Source of the DNA: Planctomycetota bacterium
Lineage (GTDB): Bacteria; Planctomycetota; GCA-002687715; CAIWVZ01
Length of the DNA: 64,000 bases
Assembly: GCA_044222185.1 (NCBI GenBank)
Contig: JBGANV010000001.1
Coordinates: 256,001 to 320,000 of the forward strand
Direction: 5' to 3'
Shown here: piece by piece, positions 49,113 to 59,404 of the stretch
Layout: each line of letters opens with the position of its first letter
Position numbering within the stretch: position 1 is the first letter of the stretch
Position numbers and translations under genes: made by a program
The notes under the pieces: model-generated
Told to the model about the DNA's origin: nothing
The model's database searches: none
The model's input: the letters and a program-made list of their open reading frames with translations, nothing else

Positions 49113-50681
49113 ATGAACACGACCGTACGTTGGAGTGCGCTCCTCCTCCTGGCCGCGTCCTCAGCCTTTTCCCAAGCCGGCAATGGCGGAAACGGCGACA
49201 TCGATCTGACGCCGATGGCGATCAACGCCCCGTTCACGATCACCGTGACCGGCGCGACCGGTCAGGCGTTCTTCCTCTTCATCTCCGACCAGCCGGCGTC
49301 GATCCCGATTCCGAACATCGGCACGGTCGCCATCGACATTACGTCGCCCGGCTTCCAGCTCCTGCTCCAGGGTGTGATCGGAGCCGGCGGCGTCACGGCG
49401 ATCGCGACCACGATCCCGAACGACCCTGCCCTCCTGAACCTGCTCGTCTTCATGCAAGGCGTCGTCAACGACCCGACGCATCCAAGCGGCGTCGCCCTGA
49501 CGCGTGCCTTCCGCATCGACTTCGAGAACCCCGATTCGTTCACGTCGGTCCCGAACCTCTCTGCGCCCCGCGCGCTGGGAAGCGGCGACCTGCTGAACGA
49601 CGGCCGGGTGCTCGTCGCGGGCGGCGGAAACGGGACGCTGACGGCGCCGGTCGCGTCGAACACGAGCGAGATCTATCAACCGTACACGCGAAGCTGGACG
49701 GCCGGCCCCAACATGGCGACTCAGCGCGCCTTTCACACGAGCGTCGTCCTTCCGAACGGGCGCGTGCTCGTTGCAGGCGGGACGTCGACGACGGGCGTCG
49801 TCACCAACAGCTGCGAGATCTACGACCCGGTGACGAACGCGTTCTCCGCGGTCGCACCCATGACCTCGCCGCGCGCTGGCCACGCCGCGTGCCTCCTCGA
49901 CAACGGCAAGGTGCTGGTGACAGGCGGCGTGCAGACGTTCCAGCTTCCCCCGGGGACCACGCAACTCGGGCCGATCCTCAACTCCGCGCAGGACACGGGT
50001 GAGGTCTACGATCCGGCCCTGAACACCTGGACGCTGGTCTCGAACACCATGGCCGCGAAGCGCTTCGCCCATTCGCAGACCAAGCTCCAGAACGGACAGG
50101 TGCTGATCGTCTCGGGGATCAACGGGAGCCAGACGGTCGCGGCTCAGGACCTGCCGACGTTCACGAACACCTGCAGCCTCTACAACGCGGCGACGAACAG
50201 CTTCGCCAGCGCGGCGACGATCCCCGGCCCCACGTTCTCCACGGGACGCGCGGGCCACCGCGCCACGCTGATGCCGAACGGCGAGGTCTTCGTCGGAGGC
50301 GGCGTCTACTCCTCGCTCCTCACGGTGTTCGTTCCCACGGCGATGAACGACGCGCGACGCTATTCGCCGTCGACGAACGCCTGGGCCTCGGCGGGGACGC
50401 TGCCCGCGGCCGTCGCGCTCCAGGGGCAGGCGCTCCTGAAGAACGGCAAGTGCCACGTGGCCGGCGGGGGATCGGGGACGCTCCTCGCATTCAGCGCCGT
50501 GGCGAATTGCGCGACGCGAGTCGGAGGCTCGAGCACGTTCACGAACACGAACTCCCTCCCGGCGGCCCGCGGGACGCAGCTCACCGTTCGGTTGTGGGAT
50601 GGCAGCGTCCTGATCTGTGGTGGCGCGGACGCCACCGGCACGGCGATCGACACCAACCTCCTGTACACGCCGACTCCGTGA
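49113..50681 (+). CDS. Secreted Kelch/galactose-oxidase-like propeller with the shared module at its N-terminus
   Basis: Signal peptide (ALLLLAASSAFS|Q); IPNDPALLNLLVFMQGVVNDPTHPSGVALT; repeats R.(F/G)H...L.NGRVLVAGG...EIYDP. Confidence 0.85.
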   Translation: MNTTVRWSALLLLAASSAFSQAGNGGNGDIDLTPMAINAPFTITVTGATGQAFFLFISDQPASIPIPNIGTVAIDITSPGFQLLLQGVIGAGGVTAIATTIPNDPALLNLLVFMQGVVNDPTHPSGVALTRAFRIDFENPDSFTSVPNLSAPRALGSGDLLNDGRVLVAGGGNGTLTAPVASNTSEIYQPYTRSWTAGPNMATQRAFHTSVVLPNGRVLVAGGTSTTGVVTNSCEIYDPVTNAFSAVAPMTSPRAGHAACLLDNGKVLVTGGVQTFQLPPGTTQLGPILNSAQDTGEVYDPALNTWTLVSNTMAAKRFAHSQTKLQNGQVLIVSGINGSQTVAAQDLPTFTNTCSLYNAATNSFASAATIPGPTFSTGRAGHRATLMPNGEVFVGGGVYSSLLTVFVPTAMNDARRYSPSTNAWASAGTLPAAVALQGQALLKNGKCHVAGGGSGTLLAFSAVANCATRVGGSSTFTNTNSLPAARGTQLTVRLWDGSVLICGGADATGTAIDTNLLYTPTP

Positions 50682-50721
50682 ACTCTCGACGCGCCGGATC
50701 CGCTTCGCAGCTCCAATCCCC

Positions 50722-51672
50722 GTGACGGACGGCTCGCATCCCATCTCGGTCGTCGTCGTGGCGTACGGCGACGACCCGCGCCTGCGCCGTTGCTTCGATG
50801 CACTTCGGGCGCAGCGGGGCTGTCGGCTCGACGTCGTGCTGATCGAGAATGGCGCGGTGGGAGAGCCCGTGAACCTCGGGGGAGAGTCGGCGCGAGGCGA
50901 CGGGGGTGCGATCGCGACCGTGACCCGCGTCCGACGCGAACGGAATCCGGGCTTCGCCGGAGCGTTCGGCGAGGCCCTCGAGCGGACGACGGCCGGATGG
51001 ATCGCCTCCGTGAATCCCGATTGCGTCCTCGAACCATGCGCCCTGCTTCGTGCGATCGAGACCGGCGAGTCGGCGCCGGGGATCGGCGCCGTGGCATTCC
51101 GGCTCTTTCGGCCGGGGCGGGAGCGGGTCGACTCCGCGGGGATCCGCGTCGATCCACGACTGTGGCGGGCCCGCGACCGGGGGTTCGGCGAAGTCCCGAC
51201 ATCGCAGTTCGAGCGCCCCACGGATGTCGATGCGGCCTGTCTCGGCGCGGCGCTCCTTCGTCGCCGGGCGATCGACGAGTCCCGCGACGGGGCGGGCGAG
51301 GTCCTCGATCACCGCTACTTCGCGTACCAGGAGGACGTGGACCTGGGGTGGCGCCTCCGTCGTGCCGGGTGGCGCGTCGCCTACGCACCGGCGGCGGTCG
51401 GTGAGCACGAGCGCCGCTGGCGCGAGGGCACCCGCCGGAGCATCCCCGTGTTCCTCCGCCGGTGCTCGTTGCGCAACCGTCTCACGACGATCCTGAAGAA
51501 CGCCCCATTGGCCGCGCTGATCATCCGCCTTCCGGTCCTGGTCTTGTTCGAGGCCGCGCTGTTCGGCTATCTCGTCGTTCGTGAACCCGCGGTCGTGCCG
51601 GCGTACCTGTCGTGGATCTGGCAGATTCCCGGCACGCTCCGGCGTCGCGGACTCTATAGGAAGAACGGATGA
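50722..51672 (+). CDS. GT2 glycosyltransferase
   Basis: ISVVVVAY, NPGFAGA, VNPD, FAYQEDVDLGWR. Confidence 0.85.
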   Translation: MTDGSHPISVVVVAYGDDPRLRRCFDALRAQRGCRLDVVLIENGAVGEPVNLGGESARGDGGAIATVTRVRRERNPGFAGAFGEALERTTAGWIASVNPDCVLEPCALLRAIETGESAPGIGAVAFRLFRPGRERVDSAGIRVDPRLWRARDRGFGEVPTSQFERPTDVDAACLGAALLRRRAIDESRDGAGEVLDHRYFAYQEDVDLGWRLRRAGWRVAYAPAAVGEHERRWREGTRRSIPVFLRRCSLRNRLTTILKNAPLAALIIRLPVLVLFEAALFGYLVVREPAVVPAYLSWIWQIPGTLRRRGLYRKNG

Positions 51673-52658
51673 ACCCCTCGGCCGCGGACGACAGACCGGA
51701 CCTCTCGGTCGTCGTCGCGTCTTTCAACACGCGTGACCTGCTCGCGGCCTGCCTCGGCACGTTGCAGCAGGCGACTGGGGCGTTGAGGGCCGAGGTCGTC
51801 GTCGTCGACAACTCGTCGTCGGACGGAAGCGCCGCGATGGTCGCGTCGCGCTTCCCGGACGTCCGCCTCCTCCGCAACACGACGAACGAGGGCTTCGCAA
51901 AGGCGAACAACCGGGCCATGCGCGAGTCGCGGGGCCGGTTCGTCCTCCTGCTGAACCCGGACACGTTGATCCCCTCGGACACCATCGAGCCACTCGTCCG
52001 GTTCCTCGAGGCGCATCCCAAGGTCGGCATGGCCGGCTGCAGGGTCGAGCGAGTGGACGGGCGGTTGGACGAGGCCTGCAAGAGGGGTTTTCCCACGCCC
52101 CTGGCGGCGCTGGGCCGGTTCCTCGGACTGGACCGTCTCTTTCCGAATCACCCGGTGCTCGGCGGCTACCGCAAGGTCGCGGCCGACCCGGCAGGGCGGT
52201 ACGAGGTCGACTCGCTCGTGGGCGCATTCATGCTCGTTCGCCGCGAGACCATCGACGACGTGGGCGGCCTGGACGAGAACTTCTTCATGTTCGGCGAGGA
52301 CGTCGACTGGTGCTACCGCGTGAAGCGGAAGGACTGGCAGGTCTACTACGTCGGCGACTACCGGGTCGTACACCACAAGGGCGGGTCGACGCGCAAGGTG
52401 CCACAGCGGATGAACTGGCACTTCCACCGCTCGATGTTCCTCTTCCACCGTAAACACCTCGTGGACCGCTACCCGTTCTTCGTGAACTGGCTCGTCTACG
52501 CGGGGATCACCCTGCGGTTCGCCCTGAAGTCCGCCTGGTCGGTGCTCACCCCCGTTCGGACGCCGGCGCAGCTCGACGAGAAGGACCGGGAACGCCTCCG
52601 CAAGCAGTACGGCCTGGAGGTCGGGCCGCAGGATGCCCGGTCCGAGGCTGCGTCGTGA
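51669..52658 (+). CDS. GT2 glycosyltransferase (WbbL/RfbF-like)
   Basis: VVVASFN, VVDNSSSDGS, NEGFAKANN, LLLNPD, GAFMLVRR, FFMFGEDVDWC. Confidence 0.9.
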   Translation: MNPSAADDRPDLSVVVASFNTRDLLAACLGTLQQATGALRAEVVVVDNSSSDGSAAMVASRFPDVRLLRNTTNEGFAKANNRAMRESRGRFVLLLNPDTLIPSDTIEPLVRFLEAHPKVGMAGCRVERVDGRLDEACKRGFPTPLAALGRFLGLDRLFPNHPVLGGYRKVAADPAGRYEVDSLVGAFMLVRRETIDDVGGLDENFFMFGEDVDWCYRVKRKDWQVYYVGDYRVVHHKGGSTRKVPQRMNWHFHRSMFLFHRKHLVDRYPFFVNWLVYAGITLRFALKSAWSVLTPVRTPAQLDEKDRERLRKQYGLEVGPQDARSEAAS

Positions 52659-52730
52659 ACTCGGCGCCCATGCGGGGTTGCGGCCGAGGCGGGCTGGCCA
52701 GACGGCCGTCCGCTCCCTATCATCTCGGCC

Positions 52731-53501
52731 ATGAAGGACGACGGCACGCTCTACTTCGCCGGCCTCTCGGACGTGGGACAGAAGCGCACCGAGAACGAGG
52801 ACCGCTTCGTCTGCTCGACTGACGAGGGGTTCTGCATCCTCGCGGACGGAATGGGCGGCCGCCTCTTCGGCGAGGTCGCGTCACAGATGGCGGTGGAGAT
52901 CCTCGCCCGTCACATCCGCGAGGACTTCCCGGCCTCGTACCGCAAGCTCGACCGCATGGATCAGGGCTGCGTCGCCATCAATCTGCTCAACGAGTGGATC
53001 CGAGACGTCAACCAGAAGATCTGGCGCAAGGGTCAGGAGGACGAGCGGTACCGCGAGATGGGGACGACGATCGTCTGCCTGTTCGCGCTCGACAAGCAGG
53101 TGATCCTGGCGCACGTCGGCGACAGTCGCTGCTACAGGTTGCGCAAGGGTGAGTTCCACCAGCTCACCGACGACCACTCGCTCGTCAACTCCCAGGTGAA
53201 ATCCGGTCACCTCACGGCTCAGGAAGCCCGCGAGGCCAGCCACAAGAACATCATCACGCGGGCCGTCGGGACGTCGGACCAGGTCAAACCGGACCTCGCC
53301 GCCATTCCGCTGCACGTGGGTGACCGGTTCCTCGTGTGTTCGGACGGCCTGTCCGACATGGTCACGGACGACGAGATGCGCAACGTGCTCTCCGCCGCCG
53401 AGACGCTCGAGACCCAGGCGAAGAAGCTCATCGACCTGGCGAACCGCAACGGCGGCCGCGACAACATCACCGCGATCCTGGCGGAGTATCGCGTGGGCTG
53501 A
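52731..53501 (+). CDS. PP2C/PPM Ser/Thr phosphatase (Stp1/PrpC-like)
   Basis: SDVGQKRTENED, ADGMGG, MGTT, HVGDSR, LTDDHS, CSDGL, GGRDNIT. Confidence 0.95.
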   Translation: MKDDGTLYFAGLSDVGQKRTENEDRFVCSTDEGFCILADGMGGRLFGEVASQMAVEILARHIREDFPASYRKLDRMDQGCVAINLLNEWIRDVNQKIWRKGQEDERYREMGTTIVCLFALDKQVILAHVGDSRCYRLRKGEFHQLTDDHSLVNSQVKSGHLTAQEAREASHKNIITRAVGTSDQVKPDLAAIPLHVGDRFLVCSDGLSDMVTDDEMRNVLSAAETLETQAKKLIDLANRNGGRDNITAILAEYRVG

Positions 53502-53705
53502 CCGCCGCGTCCGCGCCTCGGCCGCACCGCGGCCTGCGCGTGCCGGGACGACTTCCCGGGACTTGCGGCGGACTCGCCGTCCGGTGGCGCACATCCGTTT
53601 TTTCGCAGGCGCTCGACGCAGCGGCAACGCTCGACACGGCAACCGCTTGCCCGCGCTCGGGCCGCCGGATAAAAATCGGGGCTCGTCTGCCCACAGAAGC
53701 CTGAC

Positions 53706-54725
53706 ATGACCAAGAAGTCCACGCTCGCACCGCGCCTCGACCAGGCGCTACTGCTTCGCATCCACGACCTGATGGTGAAGGCTCGCGTCCTCGAAGAGCG
53801 CATGATCAAGATGAACCGGGATGCGGACGGCTTCTTCTGGATCGGCGGACCAGGCGAGGAGGCGTTCAACGTCCCGCTCGGCCTGCAGGTGAAGAAGGGC
53901 GAAGGTCTCGATCACGACTACCTTCACCTCCACTACCGCAGCAGCGCCATCCTCCTTGCCATGGGCGCGGAGCCCATCGACTCGATCCGACAGATGGCCA
54001 TGAAGGCGACCGACCCCTACTCGGGCGGGCGCAACTTCGCCAATCACTACGCCGTGAAACGCTGGAACGTCGTGCCGATGTCGCCGACGATCGAGACTCA
54101 GTATTCGATCGCGCCCGGAACCGCCCTCGCGCAGAAGCGTCACGGCGGTAGCGGCATCACCATCGTGAACGGGGGAGACGCCGGGTCGGCGGAGGCCGAT
54201 TTCGCGACGTGTCTCGTGTGGTCGACGCGGCCCGGGCAGGAGCTTCCGATTCTCATCCTCGTCGAGAACAACGGCTACGGGATCTCGACGGCGCACGGGA
54301 CGCAGCACGGCGTGCGACACATCGCCGACCGCGCCGTGCCCCACGGGATCCGCACGAAGGTCGTGGACGGCAACGACCCAATCGAATCCTGGTTCGCCAT
54401 TCACGAGGGCATGAAGTACGTGCGGGAGGAACGCCGTCCCTACCTCATCGAGGCGCAGGTGTCGCGGCTCTACGGTCACTCGAGTTCGTCCGGAGCCAAC
54501 CGGATCCAAGAGACCGACTGCATCGCACGCTTCGAGGAGTACCTCACGACTGAGGGTTTCGCGACGCGGCCCCAGCTCGACGCGATCTGGGAGAAGCACA
54601 AGGACGACGTGAACGCGGCCGTGAAGCAGGTCCGCCAGGAGCCGAACCCGGAACCCGACGACATCTGGAAGAACGTCTTCCACGGGACTGACGGATTGGA
54701 CGTCGCGCAGGGCGGAGGGGTCTGA
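53706..54725 (+). CDS. 2-oxoacid (probably branched-chain) dehydrogenase E1 alpha
   Basis: HYRS, DPYSGGR, TPP motif GDAG...ENNGYGIS, VDGND, RLYGHSSS. Confidence 0.88.
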   Translation: MTKKSTLAPRLDQALLLRIHDLMVKARVLEERMIKMNRDADGFFWIGGPGEEAFNVPLGLQVKKGEGLDHDYLHLHYRSSAILLAMGAEPIDSIRQMAMKATDPYSGGRNFANHYAVKRWNVVPMSPTIETQYSIAPGTALAQKRHGGSGITIVNGGDAGSAEADFATCLVWSTRPGQELPILILVENNGYGISTAHGTQHGVRHIADRAVPHGIRTKVVDGNDPIESWFAIHEGMKYVREERRPYLIEAQVSRLYGHSSSSGANRIQETDCIARFEEYLTTEGFATRPQLDAIWEKHKDDVNAAVKQVRQEPNPEPDDIWKNVFHGTDGLDVAQGGGV

Positions 54726-54726
54726 C

Positions 54727-55782
54727 GTGGCGAACATGGCGCAGGCGATCCGGATGGCTCTCGCGTACGGCGAGCAGCATCTCGGCGTGACCGACATCTT
54801 CGGCGAGGACGCCGGGCCTCCGCTCGGCGGCGTCTTCACGGTGACCCAGGGGTTGCGGACGGCGTGGAACTCACCTCTCGACGAGCGCGGCATCGTCGGC
54901 ATGGCGTACGGCCTCGCGCTTGCGGGGCAGAAGCCCGTCGCCGAGATCCAGTTCTGCGACTACATCTTCAACACGATCGATCTGTTGAAGATGGTCGGTA
55001 ACGCCAATTGGGGCTGCAACGGCGAGTTCAACCTGCCGCTCGTCCTCATGACGCCCGTCGGCGCCGGCATCCACGGGTCGATCTATCACTCGCATTCCTT
55101 CGATGCGATGGCGACGCACATCCCCGGTTGGAAGATCGTGTTCCCGTCGACCCCGATCGATGCCTACGGGCTCATGATCGCGGCGCTCAAGGACACAAAT
55201 CCGGTGATGTACTTCAAGCCCAAGGCGCTCATCCGCATCAAGGGCGAGGAACGGATCCCCGGCGAGCCGGAGGACGAGAAGGACCTTCATGCCATGATCG
55301 ACGCCCCGCTGGGGGATCGTTCGAACTGGCAGCCCAAGTGGCCTGCGCTCACGGACTACACGGTCCCCATCGGGAAGGCGCGCATCTGGCGCGAAGGGAC
55401 CCACGGAACCGTCGTGACCTACGGACGCCACGTTCACATGGCCCGTGCGGCCGCCGAGCGGCTCGCTGCCGAAGGAATCGACTTCGAGATCCTCGACCTT
55501 CGCACGCTGTTCCCATACGACTGGGACGCCATCGTCGCATCGGTGCGCAAGACGGGGCGCGTCCTCTTCGTGAACGAGGACACGAGCGTCACGAACTTCG
55601 GCGAGCACCTCTGCCGCCGCATCGTCGACGAGCTCTTCTACGAGCTGGAGGCACCGCCGAAGCTCCTCGCTGGGAAGCACGTTCCCGGTGTGGGGCTCGC
55701 GCCGGTGCTCGAAGAGGCAACCGTGCCCCAGCAGTCCGACGTCGAGTCGGCGATGCGGGCGCTCGCCTCGGTCCCGGCCTGA
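54727..55782 (+). CDS. 2-oxoacid dehydrogenase E1 beta
   Basis: FGED...GGVF.VTQGL, NSPLDERGIVG, PVAEIQFCDY, YHSHS, DLRTL, SVRKTGR. Confidence 0.9.
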   Translation: MANMAQAIRMALAYGEQHLGVTDIFGEDAGPPLGGVFTVTQGLRTAWNSPLDERGIVGMAYGLALAGQKPVAEIQFCDYIFNTIDLLKMVGNANWGCNGEFNLPLVLMTPVGAGIHGSIYHSHSFDAMATHIPGWKIVFPSTPIDAYGLMIAALKDTNPVMYFKPKALIRIKGEERIPGEPEDEKDLHAMIDAPLGDRSNWQPKWPALTDYTVPIGKARIWREGTHGTVVTYGRHVHMARAAAERLAAEGIDFEILDLRTLFPYDWDAIVASVRKTGRVLFVNEDTSVTNFGEHLCRRIVDELFYELEAPPKLLAGKHVPGVGLAPVLEEATVPQQSDVESAMRALASVPA

Positions 55783-55797
55783 CCGGGTCCGGCGGTC

Positions 55798-57549
55798 CTA
55801 CCGGTTGCCGAGCGCCGTGCCGCCGGCAGCCGACTGGGGCGGATACTGCACGCTTCCGGCCACGAGCGTCGCAATGACCTGCGTCGTGGGAATCGCCGAC
55901 ACGTCGCAGGTGAGGATGTCGTGGTCGAGGATGACGACGTCGGCATCGAAGCCCGGCAGGAGCCGCCCGCGTCGCCTTTCCATGAACGTGGCCTCGGCGC
56001 CCCAACGCGTCACGGCGAGGATTGCCTCGAGGCGGTTCATGCACTGGTCCGGCGTGAACGGCTGGTCCATTCGTCCGTACGGGTCGCGCCGCGTGAGGGC
56101 CGAGTAGACGTTCGCGAGCGGTGAGAGCGGCTCGACCGGTGCGTCGGTTCCGGCAGGAACGTGCGCACCGCTGTCGAGGAGCGCGCGCCACCGATATCCG
56201 ATCCTCTCGGCGCGCTCCGTCCCGAGTCGCGATCCGACCCACGGGCCGTCCGAGGTCGCGTGACAGGGCTGCATCGACGGGATCACTCCAAGACGCGCGA
56301 AGCGCGGGACGTCCATGGGGTCCACGAGCTGGGCGTGCTCGACGCGGAAGCGGTGGTCGGGACGGTCCTTCTTCGGGCGGAGGGCTTCCTCGAACGAGTT
56401 CAGCACCTCGCGGTTGGCACGATCCCCGATGGCGTGGACGCAGAGCTGGTAGCCGTTCTTCAGCGCGCCCCGCGCCGCGTAGTCGATGACTGATCGATCG
56501 GTGACTGGCAGACCCATGTGTCCCTCTCGATCGGCGTACGGCGCCATCAGCCAGGCACCGCGCGAGCCGAGAGCGCCGTCGGCGTACATCTTGATGGCGC
56601 GCACGGCGAGGGATCCGTGATGGTGATCGAGGAGCGGAGGGCGCGAGAAGACCGCGTCGAGGTCGGCGAGCGTCGAGCACGAGAGCATCCCGTAGACGCG
56701 CAGCCACATGCGACCGTCGTCGTAGAGGCTTGCGAGCCGGAGATAGGACTCCGCCGAATCACCGCAATCGACGAGGGTCGTGATCCCATTTCTCACGGCT
56801 TCGTCCTGCGCCCGGAGCATGTCGCCCACGGCGTCGGCGTCGTTCGAGGCCTTGGCCATCGCGGTCGACATCAGGTCCATGGCGTTGTCGACGAGGACAC
56901 CCGACGGGGCGCCCGTGGCATCACGGAGGATCTCTCCGCCGGACGGATCCGCCGTGGATGCCGTGATCCCCGCAGCTGCGAGCGCCGCCGAGTTCGCCCA
57001 CAGCGCGTGACCGTCCGTGCGCGACAACGCCACCGGGTGATCGCCGCTCACCGCATCCAGCGTCGTCCGCGTCGGCCACGCGTGGTTCGTCCAACGTTCC
57101 TGATTCCAGCCGCCGCCCAGGATCCACGTCCCAGGTGCCGCACCAGCTGCCGTCGCTTGAACGCGCGATACGGCGTCGGCCTCGGACGTCGTCGAGGAGA
57201 GGTCGAGCTCTCGCGCCGCGCGCCCGATCCCACGCAGGTGGGCGTGCGATTCGATGAACCCGGGGAGCGCGACGCCTCCATCAGGGACTCGGATCACCTG
57301 GGTGCGAGTCGTGACGCGCGACATGGCGAGCTCCGCCGTCGTCAGCCGTTCGATGACTCCGCCCTTCAGGACGAGTGCGCCGGCGACCGGCCGCGCATCG
57401 TCGAGGGTGCGGATCGTCCCGAGGATCACGATGTCCGCGCCATCTTCCGGGGTCGCGGGTGACGGGATCGGCGCCGCATCCGGTGCGGCGCAGGACGACG
57501 CGAGGACGACGAAGGCGAGCAGGACGAGGCTGATGGGGTTCGTGCGCAT
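55798..57549 (-). CDS. YtcJ-like amidohydrolase, putative lipoprotein
   Basis: Lipobox-like LASSC; PGFIESHAH, DGHALWAN, KMYADGALGSR, HAIGD, RVEHAQ, GTDAP. Confidence 0.9.
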   Translation of the reverse strand: MRTNPISLVLLAFVVLASSCAAPDAAPIPSPATPEDGADIVILGTIRTLDDARPVAGALVLKGGVIERLTTAELAMSRVTTRTQVIRVPDGGVALPGFIESHAHLRGIGRAARELDLSSTTSEADAVSRVQATAAGAAPGTWILGGGWNQERWTNHAWPTRTTLDAVSGDHPVALSRTDGHALWANSAALAAAGITASTADPSGGEILRDATGAPSGVLVDNAMDLMSTAMAKASNDADAVGDMLRAQDEAVRNGITTLVDCGDSAESYLRLASLYDDGRMWLRVYGMLSCSTLADLDAVFSRPPLLDHHHGSLAVRAIKMYADGALGSRGAWLMAPYADREGHMGLPVTDRSVIDYAARGALKNGYQLCVHAIGDRANREVLNSFEEALRPKKDRPDHRFRVEHAQLVDPMDVPRFARLGVIPSMQPCHATSDGPWVGSRLGTERAERIGYRWRALLDSGAHVPAGTDAPVEPLSPLANVYSALTRRDPYGRMDQPFTPDQCMNRLEAILAVTRWGAEATFMERRRGRLLPGFDADVVILDHDILTCDVSAIPTTQVIATLVAGSVQYPPQSAAGGTALGNR

Positions 57550-57748
57550 CGTTTCTTTCCCTGATTCGGTGCAGACGGTAACCGCGAGCCCGTCGGGGGC
57601 TAATGCCGATGGTGGCGACCGGGAAGTCTGGACGGCGCGACGCCGTCTGCTTATTCCGTCGATCCGTCGACGCCTTGTTCCCCGCGTACAATCCGCCGCC
57701 TCGGACGCGCCCCGGCCGTTCGGCCGGCCGTGGATCGACACGAATTCC

Positions 57749-58593
<845 letters not shown>

Positions 58594-58597
<4 letters not shown>

Positions 58598-59385
58598 ACG
58601 GCGCCCTCGTCCGTTTCGTCCTGCGCCGTCACCGCGTCACGTTCCTGCTCTGCTTCCTCGTGCCCGTTCTCGTGGGAACGGTCATCGGCATCGCGTACCC
58701 CATGTACGCGCGCGAGCGGGAGGCCTTCGGTCGCATGACGAAGGTCCTCGGGAAGCTGCTCGACGGCTTGGACCTGTTGTCCGTGCAGGGCTTCGTCGCG
58801 CTCGTTCACAAACACTTCCTGAGCATCGCGGCGATCGCGATCTTCGCCGCCACACCCGCCTTGACGCTGCTCTCGCAGGAACGCGCACGAGGGACCCTCG
58901 ATCTCATCATGGCGACTCCGCTTCGGCGACGGGAGCTCGTCCGCAGCCTCGCGGTCGCGATGATGTTCGCCGATCTGTTCATCGGGTTCGCACCGCTCGT
59001 CGGCGTCATGGTCGGAGCCGAGATCGCGGGGATCCGCGATCAGGTGCCGTGGGGTGACTGCACCGTCCTCGCGCTGAACCTCGCCATGGTGGCCTGGACG
59101 TTGTCGGCCGTGGGACTGCTGATCGCCGTAAGAGCCGACGACCTCGGGCGCGGCGTCGCGCGCTATGTCGGCGCCGTGTTCGTGCTGGTCGCGATCGAGG
59201 TCGTGGCGCGGCTCTGGAAGCACGCCGACGTCCTGAGGTGGTTCACGCCGTTCGGGTACCTGCGGCTTCCCGGAGTCGATCCCGAGGCGTGGAGCCCGTG
59301 GGCGTCGATTTCGGTCCTGGCGGTGGTCACCGTGGCGATCGTCGCGGTCGCCGAACTGCTGATGGACCGCCGCCGTCGCGTGTGA
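58594..59385 (+). CDS. ABC-2 permease
   Basis: GTG overlaps the ATPase stop; about six TM segments; ERARGTLDLIMATPLRR. Confidence 0.85.
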
Positions 59386-59404
59386 TCGGCGGCGGGAGCG
59401 ATCG

